This document shows positions 13,108 to 26,079 of a stretch of 64,000 nucleotides of DNA, piece by piece (positions within the stretch are counted from its first letter, which is position 1; each line of letters starts with the position of its first letter). The translations under genes and the position numbers were made by a program. The stretch spans positions 41,354,001-41,418,000 of the forward strand of contig OZ296648.1 in NCBI GenBank assembly GCA_965655095.1. The letters run 5' to 3'. The stretch is from Haplodiscus bocki (taxonomy: Eukaryota). The notes beneath the pieces were generated by a model. It searched no databases. It saw only the letters and a program-made list of their open reading frames with translations, and was not told the DNA's origin.

Positions 13108-13570
13108 TTCTATCTTTGAATTTTTATCAGCAAAATATAGCAAATCAGCCGTAGAATGAGGATAAAATGGTACGTTTTCTTCTAAAACGCATCTTTTGAC
13201 TAAAAACTTCACTATTGTTCCACATTGCTGAGTTGGAGTTAGAACTTCAATGAATGAAGTTGTTTCCAATAAAAACTTTCCAAGACCTTTGTTGTTTGAA
13301 ACAAAAATTTGTGTCTATATATTTTGAATGATTCAAGCAGCAAAATCTACAAGACTTTTCCATGCAACTTAGTAAATTAATATGAAAGTTGTCAGATACC
13401 TAAAAACATAGAAGCAGCGGCTCTATTAATTTAGCAACATTTTATGTCCATCATTTAAAGTTTTTATCAACCTTTTCTAACTGATCTGTGCAATCAAGGT
13501 TTTTTTATGATAAAAGTTTATTTACTTCGTAGATTTTCAATTGTTACCGCTCAAAGGTTTCATATGTCAT
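13108..13570 (+). repeat. Dispersed direct repeat, copy 1 (copy 2 at 15795-16235)
   Basis: Shared blocks such as tttgaatttttatc, ataaaatggtacgttttc, tgctgagttggagttagaactt and gcaacttagtaaattaatatgaaagttgtcagatacctaaaaac. Confidence 0.8.
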
Positions 13571-13599
13571 AATTACTTAATTTTCGTTTGACCGATTTG

Positions 13600-15794
13600 T
13601 CTGCCAGCAATGACGTCAACATGATATTTCAAGGATAAATTGAGGAGGAAAACTCAAAGTTTCGTCATTCCTAAATTTCATTCTTTGATTTGTTTACCAT
13701 TCATCAACTTCAGTTATACCGCCAATTAAGTGAACTTCATACTTCTAACGCAACTGCGGGAACTTCAAAGCATCTCCCGCTAGAAGACGCGCGCCGACTT
13801 ACTTTAGTTTACATCATCACTTCTTGAAGTCACTTTGTTGATCTTAGCAGCTCAGTAATATTTTCAATTTTCCTCAACCCTAATCATTAATTGCATTAAA
13901 ACGAACTCTCTCCTGGGATTCTTCGTCCTCAGAATCCGACAGTTTCTAATGTGGAGCGTTCAACAGAGGCAGATAGTCCAGCTCTAAATAATAGAGCAGT
14001 AGTCTTAAAGTCTACGGTACTATCCGGAACCCATGAAAAGGGGGTCATCACAATGTCATTCGTGGCATCACCAGAGCTGCAAATTTTGACCCTTGAGTCA
14101 AATCCAAAGGAATTAACAACTTTTTATGGATATGGGCATCAACAACCGACTATTTCCCCGAGTCTGAATCATCTCAACCTGCCGCCCAACCCATTCAACG
14201 TATTGTCTACTATGGCCGTGATTCAACAAGATAAAGAATACAGTCCCCAATCACCGGAGCCGTCCCTCCCGTCTCCAATATCTACGCCCCCATTGAATTT
14301 GATTACCACTGAAAGCTGGGAGACACCGCACACAGCTACAGATGAAAATATATTTTATTCCGAGGATGAGCCTAGACGAGTCTATTGGGATATTTCTCCT
14401 AGTGAAACTTTTGACTCTAACGAGCCCAGACAAATATCCATCACGTCGAGCCCGTCCTCTACACCACTGCCTCCACGACGACAAAAGAAAAAACTGAGCA
14501 TGGGGATGTCTTTTCCCAAAACGCGGGATTGTCGCTGCACACCTGCGAGGCATGCGGTCAGTCCCTACCAGTAAGAATGACACCCTAATGCTCAGGGAAA
14601 AACTCAAACACTAACACCATTAACCAACTCTTAACTATTTACTCTTAGACTACCTTGACTATTGTGCATATATAAAGATACGTATCGAATAGGTATCAAT
14701 AACAACTGTACATAAATATAGTGGTACGTATGCTATACGGAACATTTTACTTAACTGATCCAGACTAAGACGGAACCGTTACCGAGTAAATCAATATTCA
14801 CAGAGTAATATTAACCTAAAAAGTGCTTTGTTGTAATATTCTATCTATTTATTCATTAAATATAAAACCACCGTTTCGGTATAAATATGTTGATTGATGG
14901 CAATAAGTGCAGTTTACAGCGATCTTCAATTTAGGTTTGTTCTAGAAATAGCCTGACTTGCTTGCAATAAAATTGACTCTCGAAGTGAATGTTTGTTCCA
15001 TACCTGTTCCGTTGTCACTAGTCCGGCGACGTCATTAATACTATTCTAACTATGCCGTGCTGCGGTCCTGTGGTGAATACGAAGTGAATCCGTATTCACT
15101 CTTGATTTGAGCACGGCTTACTTAATTTCAACTAATACTACTAGTGGCTACGGAGCCGTTCCGGATATCACTAGTAGCTACTTGTTGGAATGAGGAGTAA
15201 ACTGGTAGTGCTACTATTTTTTGCCTCATTTTTTAAAAAAGTAGAAGACGCAAAAATTAAGTGATACAGAAATGAGAATGAAGACGATGATTAAATTTAT
15301 TTTTGTAACAAAGTCATGTATTCTGTATTTTTAATTTTCTATTTTAGTTATTCTATTTTACTTTCCTAATTAATGAAGTTTTTAGTATTTTCATTTATGG
15401 GTTAAACAATCTTTCAAAACTGTAAACATTATGTCGGCTCTTCAGTAAAACAATCAATTATAAACCACCGACAATCACTTTTCCCGTAGAAAATGGCAAC
15501 TTTTGGAAACAAGAGGAAGTTGGCAGCGTTAAAGAAGGAAAATTGTGAAGAACATCCTAGGAGCAATGTGGCACGAAACTTGAGTGTTCCCAGATCACAA
15601 GTAGACTAGATAACTCAAGTTTCTGAAGAAATTAAGGGAAGGGTCACAAAGAAGTTGTTTCAAGAATTTAGCAGGACAGAAAGCCGCATATTAGGCGCAT
15701 TATCACGTCTTGAGGATCAGTGATCCTCATCCTGAAGCAGGCATCTTCTACAACCAGACGACACGATATTCTGCCACAGAAGAAGGCCACGACA
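13600..15794 (+). mobile_element. 3' internal region + 3' LTR (14530-15794) of the same LTR family as 10444-12177
   Basis: LTR starts TGTCGCTGCACACCTGCGAGG at 14530 after purine-rich aaaacgcggga and ends CACGACA at 15794; it lacks about 470 bp relative to copy 1. Confidence 0.8.
13951..14574 (+). CDS. Ser/Pro-rich 3'-terminal ORF of the LTR element, reading into the 3' LTR
   Basis: 207-aa ORF, low complexity, with basic PPRRQKKK; its stop lies 45 nt inside the LTR. Confidence 0.45.
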   Translation: MERSTEADSPALNNRAVVLKSTVLSGTHEKGVITMSFVASPELQILTLESNPKELTTFYGYGHQQPTISPSLNHLNLPPNPFNVLSTMAVIQQDKEYSPQSPEPSLPSPISTPPLNLITTESWETPHTATDENIFYSEDEPRRVYWDISPSETFDSNEPRQISITSSPSSTPLPPRRQKKKLSMGMSFPKTRDCRCTPARHAVSPYQ

Positions 15795-16235
15795 TCTGTT
15801 TTTGAATTTTTATCAACAGAATTTAGGAAATGCATTCAGCAGTAGAATGCGAATAAAATGGTACGTTTTCTTTAAAATGCATTTTTTGGCTGAAAGCTTG
15901 ATTCTTGTTTCACACTGCTGAGTTGGAGTTAGAACTTAAATGAATGAACGAACTTTTTTCCAATGAAACTTTCCAAGACCTTTCTTGATTGAAACAAAAA
16001 CTTACGTCTAGATATTTGGCATGACTTTTTCTTGCAACTTAGTAAATTAATATGAAAGTTGTCAGATACCTAAAAACTTAGCAACAGCGGCTGTGTTAAT
16101 TTTGCAACATTTTATGTGTATCATGGAAATTTTTCCCCACTCTTTTTTAATCGATACGCACAATCAATTGCCGTAATATTTCATTCATTTTGTGGTTTTT
16201 CAATTATTACCTGCTCAAAAGTTTCATATGCAACA
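15795..16235 (+). repeat. Dispersed direct repeat, copy 2 of 13108-13570
   Basis: See copy 1. Confidence 0.8.
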
Positions 16236-16389
16236 TATGTGTACAAGTACGTAAAAATAGCACTTCTAACAATGTGCCACAAAGTTTTCCATGTCGCAAG
16301 CAACTTCGCGCAAATTTTTAAAGCCTGCCTAAACCTTCCGTTCGAAAATTTCATGCAAGAACCCAGAAAATTCCATGTTTTCCAAAAAG

Positions 16390-16836
16390 TTTGCATGCAT
16401 AGTTTAAATTTCAGTTTTTCCCTTCATTTGGGCTTAGAAAAAGTAAAAGGTTGCTATAGAGTGCAATCAAATTTGCAGTTTTGTGTTAAATTGCCTTTGT
16501 TCGAGCAAAATGTGGATGAAGGATCTGATATCGGAACAACTGGCTATTCTGTTTCCCGTTGACAGTCTGCAAAGCAATTATGTTTTCAATTCTGCTGAAA
16601 ATTTGGCAACCCCGTATTTTGCATGCATAGGTTAAACTTTCAGTTTTTCCCTTCATTTGGGTTTAAAAAAAGTAAAAGTTTCCTATAGAGTGCAATCAAA
16701 TTTGCAGTTTTGTGTTAAATTGCCTTTTTTCGAGCTAAATGTGGATGAAGGATCTGATATCGGAACAACTGGCTATTCTGTTTCCCGTTGACAGTCTGCC
16801 AAGCAATTATGTTTTCAATTCTGCTGAAAATTTGGC
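16390..16836. repeat. Recent tandem duplication, ~228-bp period, 2 copies
   Basis: tttgcatgcatag...gctgaaaatttggc at 16390-16607 and 16618-16836, nearly identical. Confidence 0.92.
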
Positions 16837-17344
16837 CAAATAATGAGTTGAGGCTGTGGCCAAAGAAGCGATTGGACCTGTACCCCACATACTCTTTTGT
16901 CTCTCAAAGTGGTAAAAAAAATAAAATTCGTTCTCAAACAGATAACTTTGTTGGATTTTGACAGTATTGGAATTGTTGTTCACATCATCAAAATGTTCGA
17001 ATTAGAATCATTCGAATACTCCTGTGACTTTCTTCACATTTTTGCTTTCTCCTGCAACCTCAACTTGTATTTCATATGTGATTGACATTCATTTTTTTAT
17101 TCAATTGAGTTCAATCTGAAACATTTAAATTTTTTTTCAAGGAAACGAAAATTAGTGTCATACATTGAATGGCCGTAATCGTTGAGTTTTGAAAAAGTTT
17201 CAAATTTTGATCGATATTTGAAAATTCAAATGGTTGTTATTTGTCGGTGCATATGTAATATGCAAGAAAAATTATTCATTCAGTAGGGTCGTTTTTCTTT
17301 TTTTTTTCAATCCAAAATTGCCAACACTTTTTATTCAAAAATGA

Positions 17345-17530
17345 ATGATAGCAGTGGCGTTAGGACAACAGGGTTCTGAAGCGACAGCTCAAGGTTCGAG
17401 TCTCAGTCGTGGCAAATATTTTTATGATTTCACAGATATTTGTTAGAAATTCTATTCCTATGGTTCCTATGGCACAGGGGTAGGACAACAAGGTTCTTAA
17501 GCGGTAGGTGCGGGCTCGAATCCCAGCTTT
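17345..17530 (+). ncRNA. Two degenerate tRNA-derived (SINE-head-like) units
   Basis: A-box/B-box-like pairs (tagcagtggcgttagg...ggttcgagtc; tggcacaggggtagg...ggctcgaatccc) sharing the core taggacaaca.ggttct.aagcg. No intact cloverleaf. Confidence 0.5.
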
Positions 17531-17559
17531 TACCTAAGTTTTTTAACCTAATTATTAAG

Positions 17560-20380
17560 ACGCAAAATCGTGATACCCCCTCTTTTGCATGAAAAGTTTC
17601 GTTACCATAAATTATGTAAAACCAGGAAGTGTTCCCCTACGATGTATTTCGGCATTAAGAAACAAAACAATTTCGACGGAAAATAATGATACCCGACCCC
17701 ATCATATCCCTAATTTTCTTTCATACCAGGTGTTTCCTGAAACACAGAAGGTTTCCCCGACCAAGTTTTTCGGTACTGTGAGACAAACAAGCTCCGAAAA
17801 GAAGTCATGATATCAGCCCCTTATGCATAACTTTTCGATACCGAAAAGTTCCGAAACACCAAAAGGTTCCACCGAGAAGTTTTTCCGTATTGTCAGACAA
17901 AAAATTTTCGACAGAAATTCGAGCAAGCCCCTCTCTTTCGTATCCATTAATTCTTTTCGATGCCAGAATTTTTTCTGCAAAACAGAACTGTTTCTCCAAG
18001 AAATGTTTCGGTACTGTCAGACCAAAAATTTTCGACGGAAGGCCGTGATAGGCTCCTCTTCGCCTCTATTCCTTGAATTTTTCTCGATACCGGAATGTTT
18101 CTGGAGCACTGAAGTTTTCCCTCACGAAAAGTTGCGGTACCATGAGGTAACAAGGAATCGACAGAAAATACTGCCAAACCCCTCTTATCCATAAGATTTT
18201 TCGGTTTCAGGACTTTTGTGAAATACGAAAAGTTTCCCTTACAGAGTTTTTAGTTACCAGGAGACAATATTTTTCCGTTGGAAAATCGTGATACTCCCTC
18301 CCTCCCCGTATTATCCAAAAAAACTTTTTGATGCCAGATTTTTTCTGAAACACAGAAAGGTTCCCCTTTGGAGTTTTTGGTAATGTGAAACAAAAAATTT
18401 TCGACTGAAATTCGTGCTACCCCGCTCTCTCGGTCTTATGCCTAGAATGTTCCGATGCCAGAAATGTTTGGAAAAACAGAGACTTTCATCTACGAAGCGT
18501 TTCGGTACCGTGGGACTGAAACATTTCGACAGAAGATCATGAAAGGCGGCCCTCGCTTCTAATCCTTGACATTCTCTTGATACCAGAGAATTTCTGAAGC
18601 ATCGAAGTGTTCTCCCACTAAATTTTTGGTACCACGAAACATGAATTAACCGACAGAAAGAACTTCCAGTCCCCTCCTATTCACAAATTTTACCGCTTTC
18701 AGAAAATATATGAGACACAGAAAGTCTCCCTTAGGAAGTTTTTAGTTACCAGGCGACAACAAGTTTCCGATGGAAATTCGTGATACTCCCTCCCTCCCTT
18801 CTATTATCCGTTTGAAACGTCGAAGTGTTCTCTACGAAAAGTTATGGTACCATGGGGCAAAAATTTTTGACAGGAAAAAGTGCCAACCCCGCTATTATCA
18901 ACAAGATTTTTCGTTTTCAGGAAATTTGTGAAATACAAAATGTTTCCCTTAAAGAGTTTTTAGTTACCAGGAGACAATAGTTTTTCCTTGGAAAATCGAG
19001 ATACTCCCTCCCTCCCCCCTATCATCCAAAAAAAAATTTAATGCCAGAAATTTTCTGAAACACAGAAGGGTTCCTCAACGATGTTTTTCGGTACTGTGAG
19101 TTGAGAAAACTTTGACACAAAACCGTGCTAGCCCCCTCGCTCTCTCTCTCTCTCTGTTATGCAAAAAGTTTTTCGATACCAGAAACTTTTTGAATTACAA
19201 AAACTTTCCTCTACGAAACATTCCGGTATCAAGGGACAGAAAAGTTCCGTTTGAAAATCGGAATGGGCGTCCCCTTCACTCTCTTACTTGGAATTTTCTC
19301 GACACCAGAATTTTTGTGAAGCATCGAAGTATTTCCTAACTAAAAGTATCGGTACCATGAGACAAAAATTAACTGGCAGAAAGAAGTGCCCTCCCCTCTC
19401 TCTTCTCTATAAAATTTTTCGATGCTATAATCTTTTTGAAATACAGAAACGTTCCTCCAAGAAAAATTTCTGTACCCTGAGACAGAAAATAATCGACGGA
19501 AATTACTCATACACCCCACCTCTTATTCAAAAAAGTTTTCGGTTTCGAAAAAATTTTGAAACACAGAAGGGTTCCCCAATGAAGTTTTTTGGTGATGTGA
19601 AACAAACAAGCTCCGACGGAAAATCTTGATATCACCCCCTTACGCAAAAAACATTTCGATACTGAAAACTTCTGAAACACCAAAAGTTTGCCCTACGAAA
19701 TCTTCCGATAGTTTGAGACAAAAATTTTTCCGAAGGAAAATCGTCATACTCCCTCCTTCCCCCTCCCTCTCATCAATAAAGTTTTTCGGCACAGAAATTT
19801 TAGGAAACACAGCAAGGTTCCACAACGAAGTTTTTCCGTAGTATGAGACAAATATGCTCCGATAGAAAGTCGTGATAACACCTTCTTATGCATGAAACTT
19901 TTCGATACAGAAAATTTCCTAAGCACCAAAGGGTTCCACTACGAAGTGTTCGCAAGTGCGAGACAAACAATTTTGATAAAAGAACCCTGCTAACCCCCTC
20001 CCTCTCTTATCCATAAGTTTTTTCGATGCTTGAAACTTCTTGAAACTTAGAAGCGTTCCTCAACAAAAAATTTCGGTACCCTGAGACAAAAAATATTCGA
20101 CAGAAAATACTGATGCTCCCACCACTTTTCCAAAAAAAGTTTACGGTTTCGCAAAATTTCTGAAACACATAAGGTTTCCCCTACCAAGTTTTTCGTTACT
20201 GTGACACCAATAATTTTCAACAGAAGATCATGACAGGCGCCCCCTCGCCTCTAATCCTTGAACTTTTCTCGATACCAAAAATTTTTTGAAACGTCGATGT
20301 GCTCTCTACGAAAAGTTTTGGTACCATGAGACAAAAATAATCGACAGAAAAAACTGCCACCCCCTCCTATCCAAACTTTT
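17560..20380. repeat. Degenerate tandem satellite, ~100-110-bp unit, roughly 25 copies
   Basis: Recurrent ttttcgatacc.gaaa.ttt.tgaaacacagaagg.ttccc.tacgaa.ttttcggtactgtgagacaaaaa..ttcgac.gaaaatcgtgata.ccccc. Confidence 0.92.
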
Positions 20381-20389
20381 TTTGGTTTT

Positions 20390-21230
20390 TTTCATTGTTT
20401 CAGAATCTTGAGGACCGGTAATGCGAAAAAATTGCCATTAGTTTTGAAAAAGCTCGATTTCCGAGCGTTTTATTTCTCCAATAACTACTTGCTCGATATG
20501 TTCCATCAAGGTCTCAAACGAAAGCTCTCAGCGAGCGGCAAATCATTCCCCTGAGAAATTGTCCGATTTGGTCTTTGCATCAGAATCCTAATAGTCCAAA
20601 GAATCCGAAAAAGTGCTATGATTTTTGATTCATGTCGGCATTCGAACTGCCATTTTTCAGTAACTACAGTTTTGATTTCGTCCATTGAGATCTCAGTCGA
20701 AAACTTCACACTTTTAGCGGTGGATTCGGTGGGAAGATACTTTACTGTGAACCTTGCATCAGAATTCACGGGGAGATGCGTTGTTCGACGCTGGAACGTT
20801 CCATCTTTCATCTTTTTCTGTTCCGTTTGGAAGCGAATTGTCTCGTACACGCATTCGTTTGAACGATAGATACAATCCGTTACACGCAACCTGGAATTGG
20901 TGATGAAACGAAAACTGCTCATCGGTTAGTTTTTGCTCATTTTCCATGTTGTGGACTTTTTTCGGCTTCTAGATCTTCCTTCCAAAGGTTGACATTCCTA
21001 TGTAGCAGTGTAAAATTAAATTTTCGCTGGACGTCAGGACAAGTGAAACGATTTTTGTGATTTTTGAATATGTTTTGTTGACTTGCATTAATTTCTTCAG
21101 GGGGTCTACGACTAAGAGCTCCTAGTGATTTCAGTCGTTCAGTGATGTAAGGGATACTCGATACTCGAACGTTAACCTTAAATAATATCAAAGAATCTGC
21201 ATTAGCTTTTTTCACAATTACCAAAATCTG
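20390..21230 (-). repeat. Degenerate ~180-bp coding-like repeat; same family as 40900-42950
   Basis: Shared motifs tcagaatcct.atagtc..aa.aatccgaaaaa and ccatcaagg. Confidence 0.5.
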
Positions 21231-21277
21231 AGGCGATCATTTTGACTGCAGGGTAATTAGTTGTTTGAGTGATTCTT

Positions 21278-21477
21278 NNNNNNNNNNNNNNNNNNNNNNN
21301 NNNNNNNNNNNNNNNNNNNNNNNNNNNNNNNNNNNNNNNNNNNNNNNNNNNNNNNNNNNNNNNNNNNNNNNNNNNNNNNNNNNNNNNNNNNNNNNNNNNN
21401 NNNNNNNNNNNNNNNNNNNNNNNNNNNNNNNNNNNNNNNNNNNNNNNNNNNNNNNNNNNNNNNNNNNNNNNNNNNNN
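21278..21477. other. Assembly gap (200 N)
   Basis: Run of N. Confidence 1.
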
Positions 21478-23158
21478 CTAATGGCACTGTAAAACTTTGG
21501 TGTCCTATGATTATATGTGAAGTGAGGCAACTCAATTACTGGGTCAAAGTGACCTGTATAAGCACATGTTATGTTGACTGGCATGACTAACGTAATAGGG
21601 GGAAGTTTCATGTCATTAGGACTTTTTATTTCTACATAATTTCAAATATAATTCATTACTAGTGTTAATTGGTACTCCAAAGTAAAAATAATGCCACAGA
21701 CGGTATTGTTTGCCTATGTTTGAGGGATTGGGGTATTGTTCTTGTCTTGCGGTCAAAAGTGGTCACTAGAACCGTTTTGTGTGTGACCAACAAAAATTGT
21801 CTTTGAAGAGCTAGCTAATAGCAATGAGCAGTGGTTGATGAGGCATGAAATAATTTTTAGTTGCATGCTCATATATTTTGATTTGTAAACAATATTCAAG
21901 GCGTCATTCAAACAGTAGTGATTAAATTGCGGTCGTTTGTACTTCGTTTTGCCGTCTTCCCTCTTTTGTTGGAGGCGACTGCTTGATTTGAGCCAACAGG
22001 CCAAAAGTAGGTCTCAGTGACCAAATTGACGACTTTGTTTTGTAGCGCTGTTAGGTGGTCAACAATTTGGCAAAATTAGTTTTTTGGACCAATCAGTACC
22101 ATTCTGCGCGTCGATTAAGCACTGTAAACATTTGTTTTGACTGATTTTCCGTTTGACACTAACGGAATTGTTGATAGTGTGGATTTTATTACGTACAATT
22201 ATATAAATTAAATTATATGTATGTATATACGTAGGAATTTTAGGTAGGTCTGGTGGATTTTGTTAAATTTTAGGGAGCATCTTTTATACAGCACTTTTAA
22301 ATTCAAATTTGGCTCCACTAATGTTTTATTCCTGAAAAGGGGGCAGAGGATTGGCTTGCGTGCCCGTGCAAGGTCTGCCAATAGTAACTGTGTTTGTCTT
22401 GCCGTCACAGGCGGCAGCGTGAGACACTAAATAATTTGAGTTGATAAGTTTCGGTCCTCTGTAACTAAAAAGAAGTTGAACGTGGTCTTTTAAAAAATAA
22501 GAGTAATGATGTCAAACAAGAGTTTTCTTTTTTTCCCATATCAAAAAATGCTTTCCGGTTTGCAAGAAAAATTGTCAAGCAATTAACAGCAATCATAAAC
22601 ATCGACTGAATGAGAAGGGTATGAGTATTTGGTTCGACTTTGTGGAGCTTCATTATGTTAACAATGCATCCAGAACTCGTCAGATTTCAAAACTGTTTTT
22701 TTAAACAACTTTCTATTTTCTCATCTTTAATTCCACAAACTAATGTTTGTTGATTTCAACACCCAAGAAGGATGGTCAAAAGTTGCTTCAGAACGCAACA
22801 ATTGATCTCAATAAGTTCGATGATAAAACCCGCCAATGGTTCGACTGGGGGTCTACGTTTTTTAGGGCTTCGAGTGCAACTAAATTGCCCTTGTGGCAAC
22901 ATTTTGTTTCTATTTTGTGTTTTATTTTCATTTCAATTTTTCGCAGATTACGTGACATCTGCCAGAAATTCTTTTTAAACGCTCAAATCTCAGAACCTAT
23001 GGAACCTACCGAAAAAGTTATTCCTGATTCAACTCCAGAAGACTCTGCACTAACTTTTTGCCGAAAAATTCCGATATTTTTTGCCTTCATGTTTTTCTGG
23101 CCGAAATTTTCTGAGAAAATGACTTTTAACCTATATTTAGTATTTTCAGTTTAAAAAC

Positions 23159-23161
<3 letters not shown>

Positions 23162-23210
<49 letters not shown>
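23162..23210. repeat. (CT)n microsatellite
   Basis: About 24 CT units. Confidence 0.98.
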
Positions 23211-23219
<9 letters not shown>

Positions 23220-23433
23220 CCTTTCAGACCACTCTCATTTCTGTAGTGTAAATTGCAGTCAGGGTCTGGTCGACCAGTGTTCTTGGTTTTTCTAATGTTT
23301 GAAACATCCGCTGAAAAGTTACACTTTTTCCGACTGATTTTTTTTGCATTTTTTGTAGTTGTTCTGCAAAATTCTCTCACTCATTTCTTCTCAAGTAATG
23401 GAAAGTCTAGAACAGAGTGAATTGTCTTTTTGT

Positions 23434-25060
23434 ACTTACCACCACATCAAATTAATGATTTGCCGGCAACCGAAAAATGCCTTCGTGATTTCTTCGCTTA
23501 TAATTTATTTTTTTTGTAAACCTTAGTTTTCTTGATTTCCAAAGAACTTCTACCTCGAAAGTACTTGCAATCAGTCTCTTTAGTCCCTCATAAATGTTTC
23601 AAATGAAATTTGGGGAAGCCTGAGCTGCACAAACGTTTTTTCCTCTGTTAAAGACTTCACGGAGAAAAATAATTTTTTTGCTCCTTGGAATTTTTCGTGA
23701 TAATTCATTTTATTGACTATCATTTTGCTGTTGAAAGCTGCACCAAAATCTTGAATAATTTCTGATAATTGGAATCACCAGACAACCCTGAATCAGACCC
23801 ATAAGCAAAAGTACTTCTGAACAGTGTTACGTCATCTCTGCATGTTACGTAATCGAGTTGGTTTACATGCAAACATGATTTGATTGACTTTATTCCCGTA
23901 AAAGTTAATTAGACATAATTCCCGCAACTTTTCAACCCACGTTTGGTGTAATTCTAGCATAGATGTTTTCAGGATTATAATTTCTATCGTTGGGGGTATC
24001 CAGTTGCTAAGTAGGAAGGGAATGTGCCTCCGACATCCCCTGACCGGCAGTGCAAAAATAAAAACTAATCAAAATCTGCAGACGAGGTCTTAAAAGTTGA
24101 AACATAAGGATACTATCCAAGCAGAGGAGTGCTGTCTTTTTTTCTAGTGAAATTCTTAAATTGCGTTCATTATTTTGACAACTTGCCGTCTTGCTAAAAG
24201 TGACTCAAGTTCAAACCTCGACCAACGCGTTGCAACAATTACGTAAGTTTAAGGTGTCTAAAAGGAATTATCAATTGGAGTTTGATTTCACGCTTGACAT
24301 TTTATTGAAAAATTTGATTAAACAAGAAAAAAATATCGTACCGAAATCAGATTGTACAAAAAAACCTTAGGTTAGTTTTTTCAGCATGTTTGAAAAAAAC
24401 TTAAACTTAGGCAGCATCGACCATTTGAATAATCACTAAACTGTGCCTGAAGGGGTTGTTTTTGCATCATCGTATTAAGCCTTAGCGATTTACACAAAAA
24501 ATAGGCCCAAATTGATGCGGAATAGCTCTCTCAATTGGGTTCAAATTGTTTTTCTGTAGCAAAGCCATTCATATCAAACTTTTGGCGATGCATTCCAAAA
24601 TGACATGCAAGACTCATTTCCCGTATACAAGGAGTGCAGTGCCATAGATTTCAATTGGAAATGTTGGCTGCAATGGTGTTTTTTTTAACATTTTCAAGTC
24701 TTTTGCATCAACAAATTTTGGTAGCGTTTTCATCAATTTTTTAGTACGTTGTCAAATTTTGATTATTTATATTTCAATTTATAAGAGCTGTGTAAGAGCT
24801 GAACCCAATTTCTCAGAGGTAAAAAGTCAATGCTGAATAGCGCTAATTCAACGCTGAAAAAACACGACATCTCTTTTATATCTCTGGAACTTCCATCCGG
24901 ATATGATCATGTCACAGCTAAACAAGTAAAATGCTTATGTTGCTGTACTATTAGCAGATTTTGGTCACAGGTGATGGAAATTGCTCACCTTCGAAGCAAA
25001 ATTTGAATTTCGGTCTTGCCATAAAATGGAGCCTCGTTAATTTCCTCAAAAGCATACTAG
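23434..25060 (-). pseudogene. Fragments of an unidentified spliced gene, frameshifted
   Basis: Minus-strand intron 24918-24988 (GTGAGC...TTTAG) joins YAFEEINEAPFYGKTEIQILLR to (S)CDMIISGWKFQRYKRDVVFF in frame. GTAAGT donor at 23434-23439. Frames are broken at homopolymers. Confidence 0.3.
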
Positions 25061-26079
25061 AATTTGATTGAATGAATCCATGAAGGCGATGTTGTCATGC
25101 TCGCATGAGGGAAATATAACTACATAGATATCAATATGCAACTAGCCTATGTCCAATAATCAAGCCCTTACTCTATCTATGATAACTTAAGAGATAAATA
25201 ATTAATTCAGCAACCTATATGAACCGATATAAGAGCCATTATGTTCTATTACTTTTTTTTGATTAAACGCAAGTTTTCAAATAACGCTATGATAGTTTTG
25301 TTGCTGTTTCGGATACGCGTTTTAGCTATTTACAGTATATTCGAGTACGTTTATTCTCCACTGTTCACTCAATCATCGCTAAAAAATGTTGCCATGGGAA
25401 TTTCACTGCAAAGGGATATCTTATTTCTTTTTAAAAAAACCTCATAAATGATACAGTCAAGCCTTGATATTCAGAAATTCAGTTCTAGAACAAGACAGTT
25501 TTAGATGTTTTTCGGCAAAAGTATAAAATTGAAGAATATGTTGATATACTCAACTAGGGTAATCAGTTCATATCCAGCGGCACATATTCTTGACTTTTTT
25601 CATTCTATCCAAAATGTGACCAAAATTTCTAAGCTTTCCCTGACATCCTAATTTTGCTTTTTTCATTTGTCGTTCATTTTGTCCCTTGTGTAAAACGTAC
25701 TTGGAGCAAACGCTCAATGGGAAAATAAACTGTAGTGCCCAGACACCCAGACACCCAGACCATGAAATTTCAAGGTCCTCGGGGAGATAAAACAAATAAT
25801 CTCTCACTTTAAATTATCATCCATCCAAGGAATTCGTCCTCTGCGAGGACCTTGGAAGATTTGTAGATTGTATTAGATTTACGCTTCTCTCATTGATGCT
25901 TTCAATAAAAACTGAGCTAATCAAATCGTTGAAATTTGTCAAGATTCTCACGAAATCAATTTTTAGCAATTTTTGAGAAAAATGGGTGCTCATAGGTTTC
26001 TGCAGATGCAAATCTGCAATTGATGAGAAAAAACGTTGCACGGACCGTTGCACGGACTACCAGGGTTGACTACCACACA

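Noticed and set aside
17345-17530. Functional tRNA genes
   Set aside because: Stems do not pair into a cloverleaf; only A/B-box-like motifs remain.
17560-20380. CRISPR array or protein-coding ORFs in the tandem array
   Set aside because: Whole units are degenerate copies with no unique spacers and no cas genes, in a eukaryotic context. The short ORFs are by-products of the repeat.
21237-21611. ORFs spanning N-runs (also 45312-45626)
   Set aside because: Artefacts of assembly gaps.
23126-23380. RE-repeat protein ORF
   Set aside because: Translation of the (CT)n microsatellite.
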